DNA of 64,000 bases from Euglena gracilis (lineage: Eukaryota), in contig CP154954.1 in NCBI GenBank assembly GCA_039621445.1, forward strand, positions 19,082,642 through 19,146,641. The letters run 5' to 3'. Positions within the stretch are counted from its first letter, which is position 1. Each line of letters opens with the position of its first letter. Positions 12,401-24,893 of the stretch are shown piece after piece. The translations under genes and the position numbers were made by a program. The notes below the pieces were generated by a model. It did no database searches. It saw nothing but the letters and a program-made list of their open reading frames with translations, and had not been told where the DNA came from.

Positions 12401-15400
12401 ATAGGTGCTTGCCTGCTAGCACCCCCCAAAAACCCTACCCCCTCTCCGGGGGGGGGTTGGATGGGGTGCTATAGGGTGCCTGCCCCAGGCACCCCCAAAC
12501 ATGGAATTTGTTGGCCAAAAACTGCAAAAATGATAAAACTTGACAAAAACTTTGGTCCGAGGAAAAATCAGGTCCTTATATAGAGTTATCTATGCCAAAA
12601 TAATTACAGTCCCCCCCCCCTCTGAAAAATGGCCCACGACAGAAGGCAAAGATAAATGCAGCCGCATGTAAGCACCGCCACAACTAACCTCCATGGGACT
12701 CTTTCCCCTGGCAATGCCCGAATACCCTGGCAGGCAAGGCGGTGGATCCAGTCAACCTGGCACCCCGCCAGGGTTACAAAAAAAACATCCGGGGGACACT
12801 TTTGCCGCCTTATGCCTCGCACAAGACCACCAACTCCATGCGGCGCGCAGCAACGGCAAATCGGAGCGCCTGGCCGGTGCAGCTGGGGGCCAGGGGGAAG
12901 GTGTGGAGCAGGCCGAGGAAGTGGCCCATCTCGTGTACCAGCGTCTTGCCCTCGTTGTAAAACATCGCCTTCGACACCCCCGGCAGCGTGCTCTCCGAGA
13001 TCTGCGGGTGCAGATGCCATGAGGGTACGCCACCCCCAGGGGGTGATGTGAGGCCAGGGGGTGGTCCGGACCATGCCATTGCTTAGCCGACCCCCGGGGA
13101 GGGGGGGACTTTCAGAAAACCAGTCAATCACTTTTCACATACCAGTCATCCACCCCCCCCCCCCCCGGGAGGTTGGTATCTCTGGCCTAAAATCAGTGGA
13201 TTTTTTGTCTGAAAATCCACGCAAAATTCCGGTGCTGGGCGACCACTTTCGGCCACTCCTGGCCTGCCCCCCCCTGGGGGGGTTGGGGCCAAACACCAGC
13301 CAGTCACTCCGAAAAAACCAGCCAGTTACCGGGGGGGGGGGGGTAGGACACACTCAAACAACGGTGTGGTGTGGAGCGCATTGACAAAGGAAAAATCTTT
13401 CAGTGCGAAGTCGGCCGCCTAAGTTAAAGGCCCAACTAACCTCCTCATCAAGAGGTTTGTTTTGCTGGGGATACTGAAGAAGCGTGTACCCCTTCCCCCC
13501 AAGGAATGTCCAAGTACCTAAGCAAACCAAATGCCGCACCATTATCCCTGGCTGACTTCTTTTCAGTCAACTTTCTTTCCGGTCAGCTTTGCCTCAGAGT
13601 GCCTGTAAATGCATTTTAGGCCAGTTTGTGGAGGTGAGAAAAATAGCGGCCCACGCTTCGCCCCAGGCCACAAGAGACACCCTGTCATTTTAGCCATGCC
13701 ACTATTTGAATGGGGTACCCCCCCGGACCATTGATGAATGATGGGAGTCACATCGACATTTTCTGTGAAAACGACAATTCCTGACTCCTTAAACCACAAT
13801 AATGTAATGAGGATGTGATGTGGTGCCCCAGGATGCGGAGATGGAAACGGGGACTTTGAAAGCCAGGGTGCCTGAGAGCAGGTGTCACCACAGAATACAG
13901 GAACATAACACCTGCCTCCTCAACATGGAATGTTGATGGGTAGATTTGGGGCAGGCGAGACGAAGCCTGGAACGAAACCCTGAACCTTCAACTTTGTGAA
14001 AAATTGGTGGTCCCGCGTCCCATTTAGAGGGCTCAGCACTACTGCAATTTGAAATCCTTAAACGTGAGATGTTTTGTAGAATTTGTAAGTTGTCCGTCAA
14101 TGCCCCACTGATGATTAAGACTCTGTGACACCAAAACAACAATTAAAGCGATGTCAGTGTGCACAAATGCACATATGGACGATGTGCGCATTCGCACACC
14201 GATCATTTTAAAGACAACCAAGAGCCTCCTGTGTCAGCGTGTTTAGAGCTGGAAAACGAAGGTGATGAAACTGTGGTATTCCTCCTTGTATTACTGTGCT
14301 AGGCCCTGTCCCAAAAGCATTGCTGATATACCATTCTTTGGCCAGAGGGCGCTGGTCGAGGGGGGGGGTCCGTTGACCCGTTGAGGACTCTGTTGGGAGC
14401 CGCAAGGAATCTGTCCTACCGAACCATTGCACCTGTCTGGTGCGTCTGAGCCAGTGAACGGTGTGGAGGGGAACCCCCAACCAAACCCTCCTTGTTCTGC
14501 TGACCCCCCCCCCCCGGCGTGGGGGGCAGAGTCCCGGGGAGACGTGAATTATGGGTGGGCAAGCCCCCCCCCCCCCAACAGACAGACGAATATCAGTCGC
14601 ACAGGGACCAATATGTCTGTTTGCTTTTGCTTTATCTGTTCCAGCGTTCATTGTTTCCCGAACCAAATTCAAAAAACCTCCGCCACGCGCCACAGGGTCT
14701 CAGAAAGCAAGCCAATGGGTGGACCTGCCCCCCTCCAAAGCACCACTGGGTGCTGGCAGTTGTCACGCAGGAAAGGGGGGTTTAAATACCGGGGGTTTCG
14801 TACGTTTTTGGTGAATTTCTCACTTTGGGGAGGGCAGTCTCGGGGTTTGCACAGCTCGGCGACATGCCTCGGAGGGTTTAAAAAAACACCAAACTTGCAT
14901 CGTTCCCCCAGGTGCCTCCACTGCACAATCATGAAAATCAACCAGTGGAGGGACGACGTGTCAAAAGCAATTCAAAAACCCGACCCTCCAAGTTAAAAAC
15001 AATATGCCGGTGTGCCCACATGCACACAGCGACACAAAGAAACGTAAATGCGAGATTGGCCGCCTAATTTAATCAAGAATAAATAATAAAAGTGATTGTT
15101 GGAAATGTTTCTGCGCTTGGGGAAATGGATGGGTTTTAATCACTGTTACCGCGTGATCAATTGGCACCCTGGGTCACTGTGTGATGGGTCGTCTGGTAAC
15201 ACAACCCATTAAAGACCCATAATTCCATCAACAATTAGAACTAAGGGTATGGCCGTCACCTGGGGTTGTTCCGGAACATTAACCCCCCCCCCCAAATAAG
15301 ACCCCCCAAAAATAAGACCCCCCCCCCCGGGGCCGATCGAGCAAAAATCCAAAAATAAGACCCCCCCATAAATCAGACCCCCCTTGACGGCGCGAAGCGC

Positions 15401-18400
15401 CGGGGACGGTGAAATTTTTCTCTGAAAAATTACCAAAAATCCAATTTCATACACGAAAATGATGAAATTTTACAAATTTTCAGATTTTTGAAGTGCAAAA
15501 AACATGGTAAATGTCAATTTACACCAATTTACACATGGCGCGAAGCGCCCAAGGAAAAATTTTAGTGCTCTTGGGAACCTGAAAAATGGTGCTTTTTAGG
15601 GCCCGGGTCGGTCAAGGAAAAATCCAAAAAAAAAGACCCCCCCCAAAATAAGACCCCCCCCCCCCTGGAGGCTTCCAGCAACAGACCCAAAAAATAAGAC
15701 CCGGGTCTTATTGGGGAGTTAGGGCCCTCACAATCACCTCCCACTCCCCGTTTTGTCGTCCGACCACTGACCCACATTCTACGTCCAAAGACCACTGGGG
15801 GGTCGCTCGCCAAGGGGGCACAATTATTCCGTCAAACCCCGCAGACAGTCAGAGGCGGGGATCGCCCAACCTCCCTACGTATGGTCAACAACAGGGGTCA
15901 GACATAGAGCGGAGACACAAAGCCGGTTGGTGGAGTCCAAAGAAGAGCGGGTATATCCCTCCCTCTCTGGCTGGTTTTAATTGAACAAATATGGGTCGGA
16001 TGTGGTTTAAATGGGTTAAAAATGGGTCAACAATTAATTTTAGTCAATGAATACGTTTTTGTTGACGTTGCAAAATGGCAGAAAAAAACCACGTCCCATT
16101 CTCAGCCCTCCTGGGAAACCAGGGAATGGGATACGTTTACCACCCTCACCGGTGACAATCCCTGACGGACGCACCTGGATGTAGGGGGGCACTCCGGTCT
16201 GCCACGGGAAGGTGGACTCCCCCAGGTAGCCCAGCTTGCAGAAGAAGACCGGAATGACCTGCCGGAGGACGGATGGGAACCCCGGACACGTCCATTGTGT
16301 CAACCGGCTGGACAAAATCAGAGCTTCGAAACAATAACAACAACAACAACAAAATTTGGGGCTGGGCCGGGGGGGGGGGGGACTTGCAGGAAACCACTCA
16401 CCCCAAAATTTCCTCATGACACACCCAAAAGGCTCCCCGGCAGGCAGATAAATGCTACGCCTGTATTACCATATCTCATCATATCACCATATCTCATCCC
16501 CAAGTCCATTCAATATCCGGAGCATACAATTGCTTACCGACCCCCCGGGGGGGGGAGGGGGGTCACTCCACTTTTTTTAAAAACCAGTCAGTCACTCATT
16601 TTCAAAAAACCAGCCAGTCACTACCCCCCCGGGGGGGGGGGTCGGCCACTCAGAAAAACGGCCACTTTCCAGTCACTTTAGGTCATTTTAGGCCCAAAAA
16701 AATTTTCCGGCGCCTTCGGCGCCAGGGTTACTCAAGCCACTTTTGCCCACTCCTGGCCGACCCCCCCCCCCCCTGGGGGGGGGGGAGGGGGTCCGGGCCA
16801 AAAACCAGTCAGTCACTCTGAAAAAAACCAGTCACCCATCCCCCCCGGGGGGGGGGGTCGGTCAGTGCTTAAGCAATTGCCTGATCCGGAGCAGGCTGAA
16901 TTCGACCAACCCCAGGGCAAGGGGGGTCTCGGGTGCCCCGGAGTGCCTGGGCAGGCAAGAACTACCCCCCCCCCCCACCCGCCTGGAGGGCCCACCCGGT
17001 CGCAGGTCAAAAGGAGCGAAAAATGGCTTTTCTTATCTTCCGGCGCCTTGGGCACCGAAATGCAAGGCACTTTTGGCCATGTCCCCCATGGGGGGGGGGT
17101 GTCGGATCTGGTTATCTTGGAGTGCCTGCCCGGGGGGGGGGGGGTTCGGCATCAGCTTAAAATTCAGCCTAATGGATAATAAAAATCTTTATAAACGCAC
17201 GCGTTTTTGTGACTTTCCTGAGTAATGTCGACAATAAACCCAAAGACGGAGTATTCTGCACCTGCAATATGTGGTAAAAGCATCACTACCGCCGTGAAAA
17301 ACACCCTAAACCCACAATCGTACTTGCTCCGCAAAAGGTTGCAAAAAGGCAAAAAAAAACGCGATCAATTGTGAAACAAAATATGGGATTGTCTTTATTA
17401 TGCCTATGTATTTTGAATATTTGAATCTTGGAAAAACACAAAAAGGGGTTTTTAGATGTTCAAAAAATGTTCATTTGTCGTTGGGATGAACAACTGCTGA
17501 CAATTTTGTGCCGTCCAATTTTTAATCCCCCCGACGATGGCAAAAAAGACAACCTTCCTATGATCACATGAATTGGAGGTGACAAGCAGGCACCCATGGT
17601 CACTTCCCATTTTGGTGCTCTGGTCGGCCCTGGTCGGCCCTGGTCGGCCCTGGTCGGCCCTGGTCGGCCTTGGTCGGCCCTGGCCATAGGTGGGGGTATC
17701 CTTCACAGAAAAAATGTGAAGGGATGCAATGATTTTCTGAATTGTCTCGCCAAGATCAAAAGAAAGTGACCCATAAAACCACCATTGGCTCCCCAAAAGC
17801 AACCAAAATGACCTAAAATGGTTTGAAATAACCAAAAATTACCCAAAAACGCCAACAAAATCCACAAAAGATTGTGAAAAATGACCCAAAATTACCAAAA
17901 GGGCGCAAAATGGCCAAAATGCCATAAAAATGCTCAGATTGACCCAAATTAGCCAATATTTGCCAAATCAGTGACAAATAGCCCCCAAATTAGCAAAAAA
18001 CTGGTCCATAATGGCCAAAATGGGTGTAAAACTGGAGATTTGTGAGAAAATTATACAAAAATTGGTTTAGTTCTTCAAAATATACAAAAAAAATGCCAGC
18101 ATCACCCAGCATCGCCCAACAACACCCTGCATCGCCCAGCATCGCTCAGCATCGGAACCCTATGGTCTCCAAAAATCCAGCATCACCCAGCATCGCCCAG
18201 CATCGCCCTGCATCGCCCAGCATCATCAGAGGTGCTTGTTCCAGAGGGAAAGCTGCCGAAATCCTTCATCCATTCCCCTTCGGTCGGCCACCCACATGCA
18301 AGTCGGCCCTGGTCGGCCCTGGTCGGCCCTGGTCGGAACCCCCACCTACGGGGGTCCTGAAAATCATAGTCGGCCCTGGTCGGCCCTGGTCAGCCCTGGT

Positions 18401-21400
18401 CGGCCGTGGTCGGCCGTAGGTGCCTGGTGACAAGTTGGCTGGTAAGAGGGAAACAACAATCTTGAAGGCTACAATTGCATTGCAATTGTGTAAGAGGGGT
18501 GACAATCTGTCCGGAGATAAGAATTACCTGGGGTGAGTAAGCATCCCTATGTGTGTGGTAATGCATTGGAAAATTAAAAAAAATCACAAGCTGAACACTG
18601 AAAAAATACTTGAAACGCCTTTCCTCATAATTTCATACAAATAAGCCATACAAAATTGCACAAAAGGACAAAACCTTCAGCCCTTGATTTTCATCGAACG
18701 TAGCGTACTTCTGCAACGTCTTCGTTTTGAAGACCTGTGAACAGGCTGAATTCGCCCCGCCGTGGGGGGGGACAGAGTGCTCTGGAGTTCTTGCAGGCAG
18801 GCAGCCCCCCCCCCCCAGAAAGTCGGTGCCTGCCAGGTCGTGGGCCGGGGGCGCAGGGGTGCCTTGGCCAACTGCCGAGGCACTGGCCACTGGCCATGTG
18901 CCCAACCCCCCCCCCCCTGCTGGTTGGATCTGGGTGCCTTGGAGTGCCTGCGAGACACTCCCGGGGGCAGGGTCGGCCGCGGCTTGTATGGGAATCTTGG
19001 AGGAGGGGGGACCCCCTTTCAAAACTGGGGGGGGGTGAGGGGACCCCCCTCCTACCTCCAGTTTTCGGTCGCCGGAACTTCTCGCCGTTGAATGCAAGGT
19101 TTCATAGCGAGCCCCAAGAGGATTTTAAAATACATACCCGGCGCGAAGCGCCGGAAGATTCACACCCGGCGCGAAGCGCCGGAAGATTCTTTTTGTCCCT
19201 GCAGAGGAGGAGGGGGGTGGGGGGACCCCCCTTCCGAAACTGGGGGGGGTGACCCCCCCTACCACCTACCTCATGTTTGCGGAGGTTCCCATACAACCCT
19301 GGGGTCGGCCTCGGCTCAAAATCCAGCCTGCCTGTGACTGGTCCACGTCGCAATTGTTGGCAAGGTCGTCGTTTCGGACCTCGAGGACCTCCCACTTCAC
19401 GAAATAGAAGGACGTGCTGGACAGAAGCGAGCAGTGGTAAACGTCAATGGTGCAACAAGAATAATTCCTACCCCCTCCCCTGGCTGCGGTGAAATCCAGA
19501 CACCCGAGCTTATAACTGTGTGTCCTTCAGACTGAATATGCTTGAACTACATCAACAAGCTTTTGCAATAAAAGACATTAATTTGGGATCGGGCACTCTA
19601 CGTCGAAAGCAACAAAATGTGTTGCTTTGCCACTGAATTCTTTCAAATTAAAATAAACCAAATATAAATCCAAATATTCAAAACTTCAGAATTGAAATGT
19701 TTCCCATGGCAATCTTAACACATTTGGGGATTTTCAAAAACCAGTCCTCCCTGCCTCCAATGTCAATTTAGCTACCGTTGAAAATGACATTGAAAAAATG
19801 CGAAATTTAATTGAATTTTTCACTGACTGCATTATGCATCCATGAAAGTTTTCTTGTTTTCATTCTGCTTTGAATAGCTGACAGCCGCCGTGGAAAGGCC
19901 ATTAAAAGTAGGGGGATAGGTGCAGGTCTTGGCGATTTGGCCTAAAACAAGGCCCGAATTAGGCCAAACTTTGGAACCTTTGAAACCAATGCACTGCCCA
20001 AATTACTAAAACCCTTCGCACTATTGCAAAAAAAATAGAATTAAGCAAAAACTGAAAAAAAAACTTCTCCAAATTCGCATTCAGGCGCGTTAAAAGCGCA
20101 CTCCTCTGTGCTGCAGAAAAAATGGAAAACTTTTGTTGTGTCAAATTCTTGCCTGAAATGATTTTTGGATACCTGCCCCGGGAAACTACCTCCAGACAAA
20201 TCAGCACAAAACTGCAAATAGCTACGAAATTTCCCAAATTACACATTAAAACAAAAGGGACCCGGGGGTGTGGGATTCTGGGCCAGAAAAAAAGGCTGCT
20301 GGCTGGCTGGACCTTTTTGGGGCTGGCTGAAAAGATGACCAGTAGTCACAAAAAGCGTCCTCCTTCAAAATAGAAAAATCGTCCTTTGGTTGGTTGCACA
20401 CAGGGAGAAGGTGGGGGCTTGCTGGCGTCGTCAGATGCCAAACTTCCCAACATGACAAGTTGGAGAATTACAAGTCAAATTCTGGGATCCAACATTGCAC
20501 ACCGTAAACTGCTATCAAGATTCAAAAATGATTGTTCTTCTGTCTGGCAAAAAAATGTGGCGAAAAAGCCGTAATTTTTCCAGACAAACAACCCAAATTT
20601 CGACAACCTGTTGTTTTGTCTATACAGCTACCAACTGCACGCCCCAAAATTCGCTGAGGTGGGTTGGCCTCCAGGCCAGCATTCGAATTAAACAATTGTC
20701 GCAAAGACAATTTCTAATTTTTTTTTACAATTTGGTGTGGACTTTTCACTGTGGCACACGTGCTGAAACACTCGTTGAGGACGCGGTGCTGCTCCTCGAT
20801 GACGGCGGGGTCGAACACCTGCTGGCTGGTCAGCAGCACAACGCAGCCAGGGCCGTCCAGGGAGTCCAGGCGATGGGGGGGGGGAAGGCAGGGCCTGTCA
20901 TAAGGGCGGGCAGGTGGGGGGTCGGAACCTCCCTCCGGTCAAGGGGGGTGGGGACCCCCCCCCCCCCACCTAAACAGTGGCGCGGTCTGGTGACCGATTT
21001 TCTGCCTGGCCCAAAGCGCTGGGCTGAACAAAATTACCCCACAGCGGCCAAAATTGACATTTTGGGCACTTTTTTGGGCAAACTTTGGTAAAGAAAAAGC
21101 AAGAAATGTTCGGCGCAAAGTGCAAAAAAGGAAATAAGTGACTTTTGGGGGGGGGGTCCCGGGTACCCCCCCCCCCCCCTGAGATCGGGCCGGTATCCCC
21201 CTTGGAAGGTGGGGAGATGGTCTGGACCCCGCTGATCGAGGAGGGAGGGGGGCACTCTCCTTATATCGAACCCTGGGGGGTCGACCCCCGTTCCCCCTTC
21301 CCTGCAGGTGGGGGGGACCCCTACCCACCACCTCCGGGGTTTCCGGGTTCTCCTTCGGCCCTGCGCGTAGCGGACGGGCAGGATGAGGGTGTGGGGCCCG

Positions 21401-22756
21401 TCGGTGGGGAAGGTGGGCCACCCGTGGGAGTTGGGGACGTCCTCCTGCGGCGGAGGGGAAATGGAGAGGCACCACTTTAAGACACAATGAATCATTTGAA
21501 CAATGGATTATTGAATGAATGATTTCCGCCCCCGCCTCCCTGTAACCTGCCAGGGAGAAAATACATTTGAGAGCTACACCCTTTTACACACAGCTACACA
21601 CCGAAAATGGGATGTACCCACCAGCCCCTACCCCCCCTGGTGGTCCATTGGGACCCACCACCCTCTCCCTCTCCCTCCCCCCTGGGAGGGGGTCCAAGAG
21701 TAAAAAAACCCCCTGCTTGACAAGAAATTCCCATGGTCTTTGGTGCTGCCCAATCTGTCTCTACTGGAAGTTTGGGTGCCGAAAACGTCGTCTGTCAGAA
21801 ACTGTTTTCCAGAGGTGGGCGTTGGTGGAGTTTGAGAAGCCTGCGCTTCTCAAACTCTTTACAATTTACAGGTAAGGTGTTTACAGGTAAGTTTACAGGA
21901 CAGTTTACAGGTAAGGTGACCTGTAAACTGTCATCTTACAGGTCGGCTGGTACCTCATCCCATTGGGGGCTCATAATTTCATCAACAATAGAATTATGGG
22001 TATGGGCGTCACATGAGGCTTTTCTGGAACTTGGCTGGGCACTCGGGGAGGCACTGGCGTCGCGCTCCCCCCATTTGTTTCCACACGGCGCACAGCCACA
22101 CACGTCTGCCACACCACCCGCAGCACGGCGTGGCCCACACCAGCAGGCGGAACCGGGACCGGGACTCGCGGCAGCGGGGGAGGCGGTGGAGGTCCATCCC
22201 CGCCGGCGCCGCGGCCGGGGACTTGTTTAAAGATCAGAGGAGGGGGAGGGGGGTCGCCCCTCCCCCCCCCACCCGGATGGACCGGGGTACGCACTTTTTG
22301 GGGTCAATTTTGGAGGTTCCCAAACTTTTTGGGTGAGAAAAATTTCTTCGAAAATCCTTTCCGCGCGCGAAAAACGGAGGAAAAATTCCCACCCACGTGA
22401 CCCCCCACGGGAGGGGGGGGAGGAGGTCTGGCGGACCCACCCATCCGACCCCTCCCCTTCACCCCTGTGTGCACCGTGGCTGTTTTTTTTTGGTAAAATT
22501 TATCCCTTCTGGCCTGGCGCTGTTGTTCGTCTCTGGCCCTTTTTGTCTGTGTGCGTGGAGGTGGCCGGAGCGTGGAAGTGGCCCCTCCCCTTCCCCCCCT
22601 CCTGGGGGTCCAACCGTTAAAAGAATCCCTGGGCGTGGCCCCCAGGAAGAGGAGGGGAAGGAGGAGGAGGACGAGATGCGAGGGAAGCATCGAAGCACGG
22701 GGCTGCTTCACGCCATTCGTCTGGACGCGGGGGTGCAAGGTGGCAGCGGAACCCAT
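1571..22756 (-). CDS. Multi-exon M43 (pappalysin/ulilysin-like) zinc metalloprotease with EGF-like repeats, ZU5/GAIN-like module and C-terminal membrane anchor
   Basis: Hand-built exons: 22635-22690 (or from ATG 22756; hydrophobic [13 protein letters not shown]), 22141-22210, 21367-21444, 20760-20842 ([12 protein letters not shown]), 19389-19416, ~18680-18734, 16290-~16323, 16175-16258 ([14 protein letters not shown]), 12876-13001 ([11 protein letters not shown]), 10572-10622 (DMVDDTP), 9139-9239 (HNYMGY Met-turn), ~8765-8837, 8368-8442 and 7145-7237 (EGF), 5386-5561, ~5070-5130, ~4128-4240, 1571-1810. Some junctions are unresolved. Confidence 0.85.
2076..2411. repeat. Compound microsatellite (CAA)n-(CATC)n-(CATA/CATG)n
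   Basis: Directly visible tandem repeats. Confidence 0.95.
2412..2802. mobile_element. TA-TSD MITE inserted in a (CATA)n tract
   Basis: TA|CCATGCCCCCCCCTTTACTGTTCCC ... GGGAACAGTAAGGGGGGGGACATGG|TA. Confidence 0.85.
3324..3677. mobile_element. MITE-like element with ~58-bp terminal inverted repeats
   Basis: 3324-3381 is the near reverse complement of 3618-3677. Confidence 0.7.
4868..5044. repeat. (CCA)n microsatellite
   Basis: Pure trinucleotide tract. Confidence 0.97.
6340..6472. repeat. (GCGT)n/(GT)n microsatellite
   Basis: Directly visible. Confidence 0.95.
7145..7237 (-). CDS. EGF-like exon of the M43 protease gene
   Basis: AG/GT bounded, phase 1-1, 93 nt: [31 protein letters not shown]. 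It joins [12 protein letters not shown] at 5561. Confidence 0.8.
8843..9135. mobile_element. CAG...CTG element with a 7/8 TSD, forming nonconventional intron 8838-9138
   Basis: GGCGTGGA (8835-8842) and GGCGTGAA (9136-9143). Removal restores [10 protein letters not shown]. Confidence 0.75.
12876..13001 (-). CDS. Zinc-binding exon of the M43 protease
   Basis: [42 protein letters not shown], matching the metzincin motif HEXXHXXGXXH. Confidence 0.92.
15282..15719. mobile_element. TA-TSD MITE, inverted copy of 347-808
   Basis: TA flanks at 15280-81 and 15720-21. Shares internal sequence with 347-808. Confidence 0.85.
16527..16879. mobile_element. MITE of the CAATTGCTTA...TAAGCAATTG family (CCAGTCAGTCACT subterminal motifs)
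   Basis: Terminal inverted repeat. Related copies near 13077-13363, 31500-31999 and 59032-59365. Confidence 0.7.
17587..18426. mobile_element. hAT-like MITE with perfect 8-bp TSD and internal 10-bp tandem repeats
   Basis: GTGACAAG at 17579-86 and 18427-34. Ends CAGGCACC...GGTGCCTG. Contains (GGTCGGCCCT)n and (AGCATCGCCC)n arrays. Confidence 0.9.
18742..19330. mobile_element. hAT-like MITE with 7/8 TSD overlapping a splice acceptor
   Basis: CCTGTGAA (18734-41) and CCTGTGAC (19331-38). Ends CAGGCTGAATT...AATCCAGCCTG. Confidence 0.85.
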
Positions 22757-23797
22757 TTCCCGGGTGCTGAACAGACCTGTCCAGGTTGGGCGTCTGGCGT
22801 TGGGCTGGACTTGGGGTTGGCCCAGAACGAAATTGAGCCTTCAAGGGATCCGAAAGCGGCTGAATGAATCCCTCCCCCATCCCACAAATAAACCAGGGTT
22901 TGAATGGTGCTGAGCTCTTAATGAGATTTGGGATTTACACGCTATTTGCACGCCCCAAATAAACGGCCCGAAATGGGCCAAAATATGGCTGTTTCTTGGG
23001 CCGGACAGGGATTTGAAAAAAATGACCATGCAAGCATATGGAGCGCTCCTGGGGCTTTATTATAGGTCGCGGACATTCATTTTGATTCCCCACCATTTTT
23101 GAGAAATTTCGGGAACATCGATTTTTGGACCCGAAAATGGCTGAAAACAGCAGAGTCGGAAGCCCACCGCGTTGTTTTGGGCCGAAAATTGGCCATATCT
23201 TGGGCTAGGCGGGGAGTTATATGCACCTCGACAAAGACACCTCACAGGCACATTGGACGGGAAATTGGGTAATAGTGACCTGTTGAGAGCACAACGTTTT
23301 GCACAGAAATGGTTCTCCAAACCAATTACGACAGAAAAGATTATCTGAAAAATGCAAACGCAAAAAAGCCACAAAACTCTGTGAGGGGGGGGGATCTGCC
23401 CCCCCCCTTTTTGAAAAATTGGCCAAAACACATGACAAAGTTTTCTTCCCTCCGGCAGCCTTTTTGTTGTATGTTCTGGCCATTTTCAAAAAAAAATTGC
23501 AAAAAACATATTTTTTTGGGCCTTCACAGGGGGAGGGTTTGCGAAAGAATCCCACCTGGAAAAAACCTCAAAACCACATTGTTTCATCATTTTGGCTGTG
23601 TCAGAAAAACATTCAGCATTTTATGCAGGAAATTTTGGATGACCCCTCGCCCCCTGGTAGGACCCAGCGCAGGGTATTAAATGAGCAGGGGGGGGTTGGT
23701 CTGGATGCCCCCCGGGGGGGGGGGGGCTCGTCGGACCTCCCGCCTGTTTTCCGTAAAAAAAAAAGTGCACACCAACCTTCTGGTGTGTGTGTGTGTA

Positions 23798-23840
<43 letters not shown>

Positions 23841-24464
23841 CCGGGGGGGGGGGAAGGGTTGTAAAAAGAAAGTTCACCCACTCCCCCACTCCAGTAGGTC
23901 CCTCCAAAAATTCTGCACCTTTTCACCTGAATTTTTGTCCTGATCCCCCCACCGCCGGGTGCGCTGCCTGAGAACAGTTCCTGAAAGGCCATTTATGCCC
24001 TGCCTACCCCTGGCTGTAAAAGTTCTTTTAATTCCACAATTCCAAAATTTGATCCTTTACCCCCTGGGAAATGGTTGGGGGGTTGCCCCGACCCCACTTG
24101 GGGTGCAGCTCCACCATTTAGCCACATTCTCAGACCGACGGCCCCAAACCAGGCCCCGCTGCCGGAGCTACTGGAGGTCAACACCGCCCAGCCTTTCCTT
24201 GGCCGGTGGCGCTTCGTCAACGTCTCAAAGGCAGTGGACTGGGATCCGGAAGAGGCGGCTTAGATTACAATTAAAATTCACCAAAACTTAGGCCTGAATC
24301 CTATTTCAACTCATGCAGCATCATAACCCCCCCCAAAAGCAGGTGGTTTTTCGGGATATCCCCTCCAGACCCGAGAACCAGAACCTGTCATGCTTCCAAA
24401 GAAAAGTGTCATGCTAGTGGGCCATCACGGGGAGGCACTACATGAGGCTTCCATATAATATTGA

Positions 24465-24760
24465 TTGGGAAATGGTTCAACCAGAATTAATTATTATGAA
24501 ATACCCCCAGGACTGGTGTCAAACCCAGCAACGTATTCTTGGCTTTTGACTCAGGTAGAAAATCAAGAGAGAACTTCCCAAATATTGAAAGAACTGAGAA
24601 AAAAAGAGTTTGAGAGTGCAAACAAAGGGAGGGTTGAAGCAAAAAATTGAACAAGATGATTATGTTTTGATGCACAGCAAAATATGGCCAAATAAATCAT
24701 GGCCAAAGCTTCCCCTCTTATGGCAAGACGCTTTCCGAGTTCTCAAATTGAGAACACTAG
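24465..24760 (+). mobile_element. Decayed Ty3/Gypsy integrase C-terminal fragment
   Basis: Across a frameshift reads ...QILKELRKKE...DDYVLMH...WPKLPLLWQDAFRVLK, resembling the GDxVL...KL...W.GPF.V region. Confidence 0.5.
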
Positions 24761-24777
24761 AGTGTGGGGCTGGCATC

Positions 24778-24893
24778 CAGGGGTTTTCTTAAGGACCGGG
24801 GGTCCCGAGGGCTGGATGGAAAAAGGTGCTGGCTGGAAAAAAGGTGCTGGCCGGCTGGGCCCCAGGTCCCCTCCGGCTTTAAAAAAACCCCTG
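24778..24893. mobile_element. Short CAGGGGTTTTCTTAAG-family MITE
   Basis: TIRs CAGGGGTTTT / AAAACCCCTG. Degenerate TSD CTGGCATC / CTGGCACT. Confidence 0.8.

Noticed and set aside
13480-14300. Possible reverse transcriptase remnant (HMDD)
   Set aside because: Only isolated motif-like scraps with stops; not enough to call.
17620-18417. CRISPR-like regular repeats
   Set aside because: They are head-to-tail 10-mers inside a MITE, with no unique spacers and no cas genes, in eukaryotic DNA.
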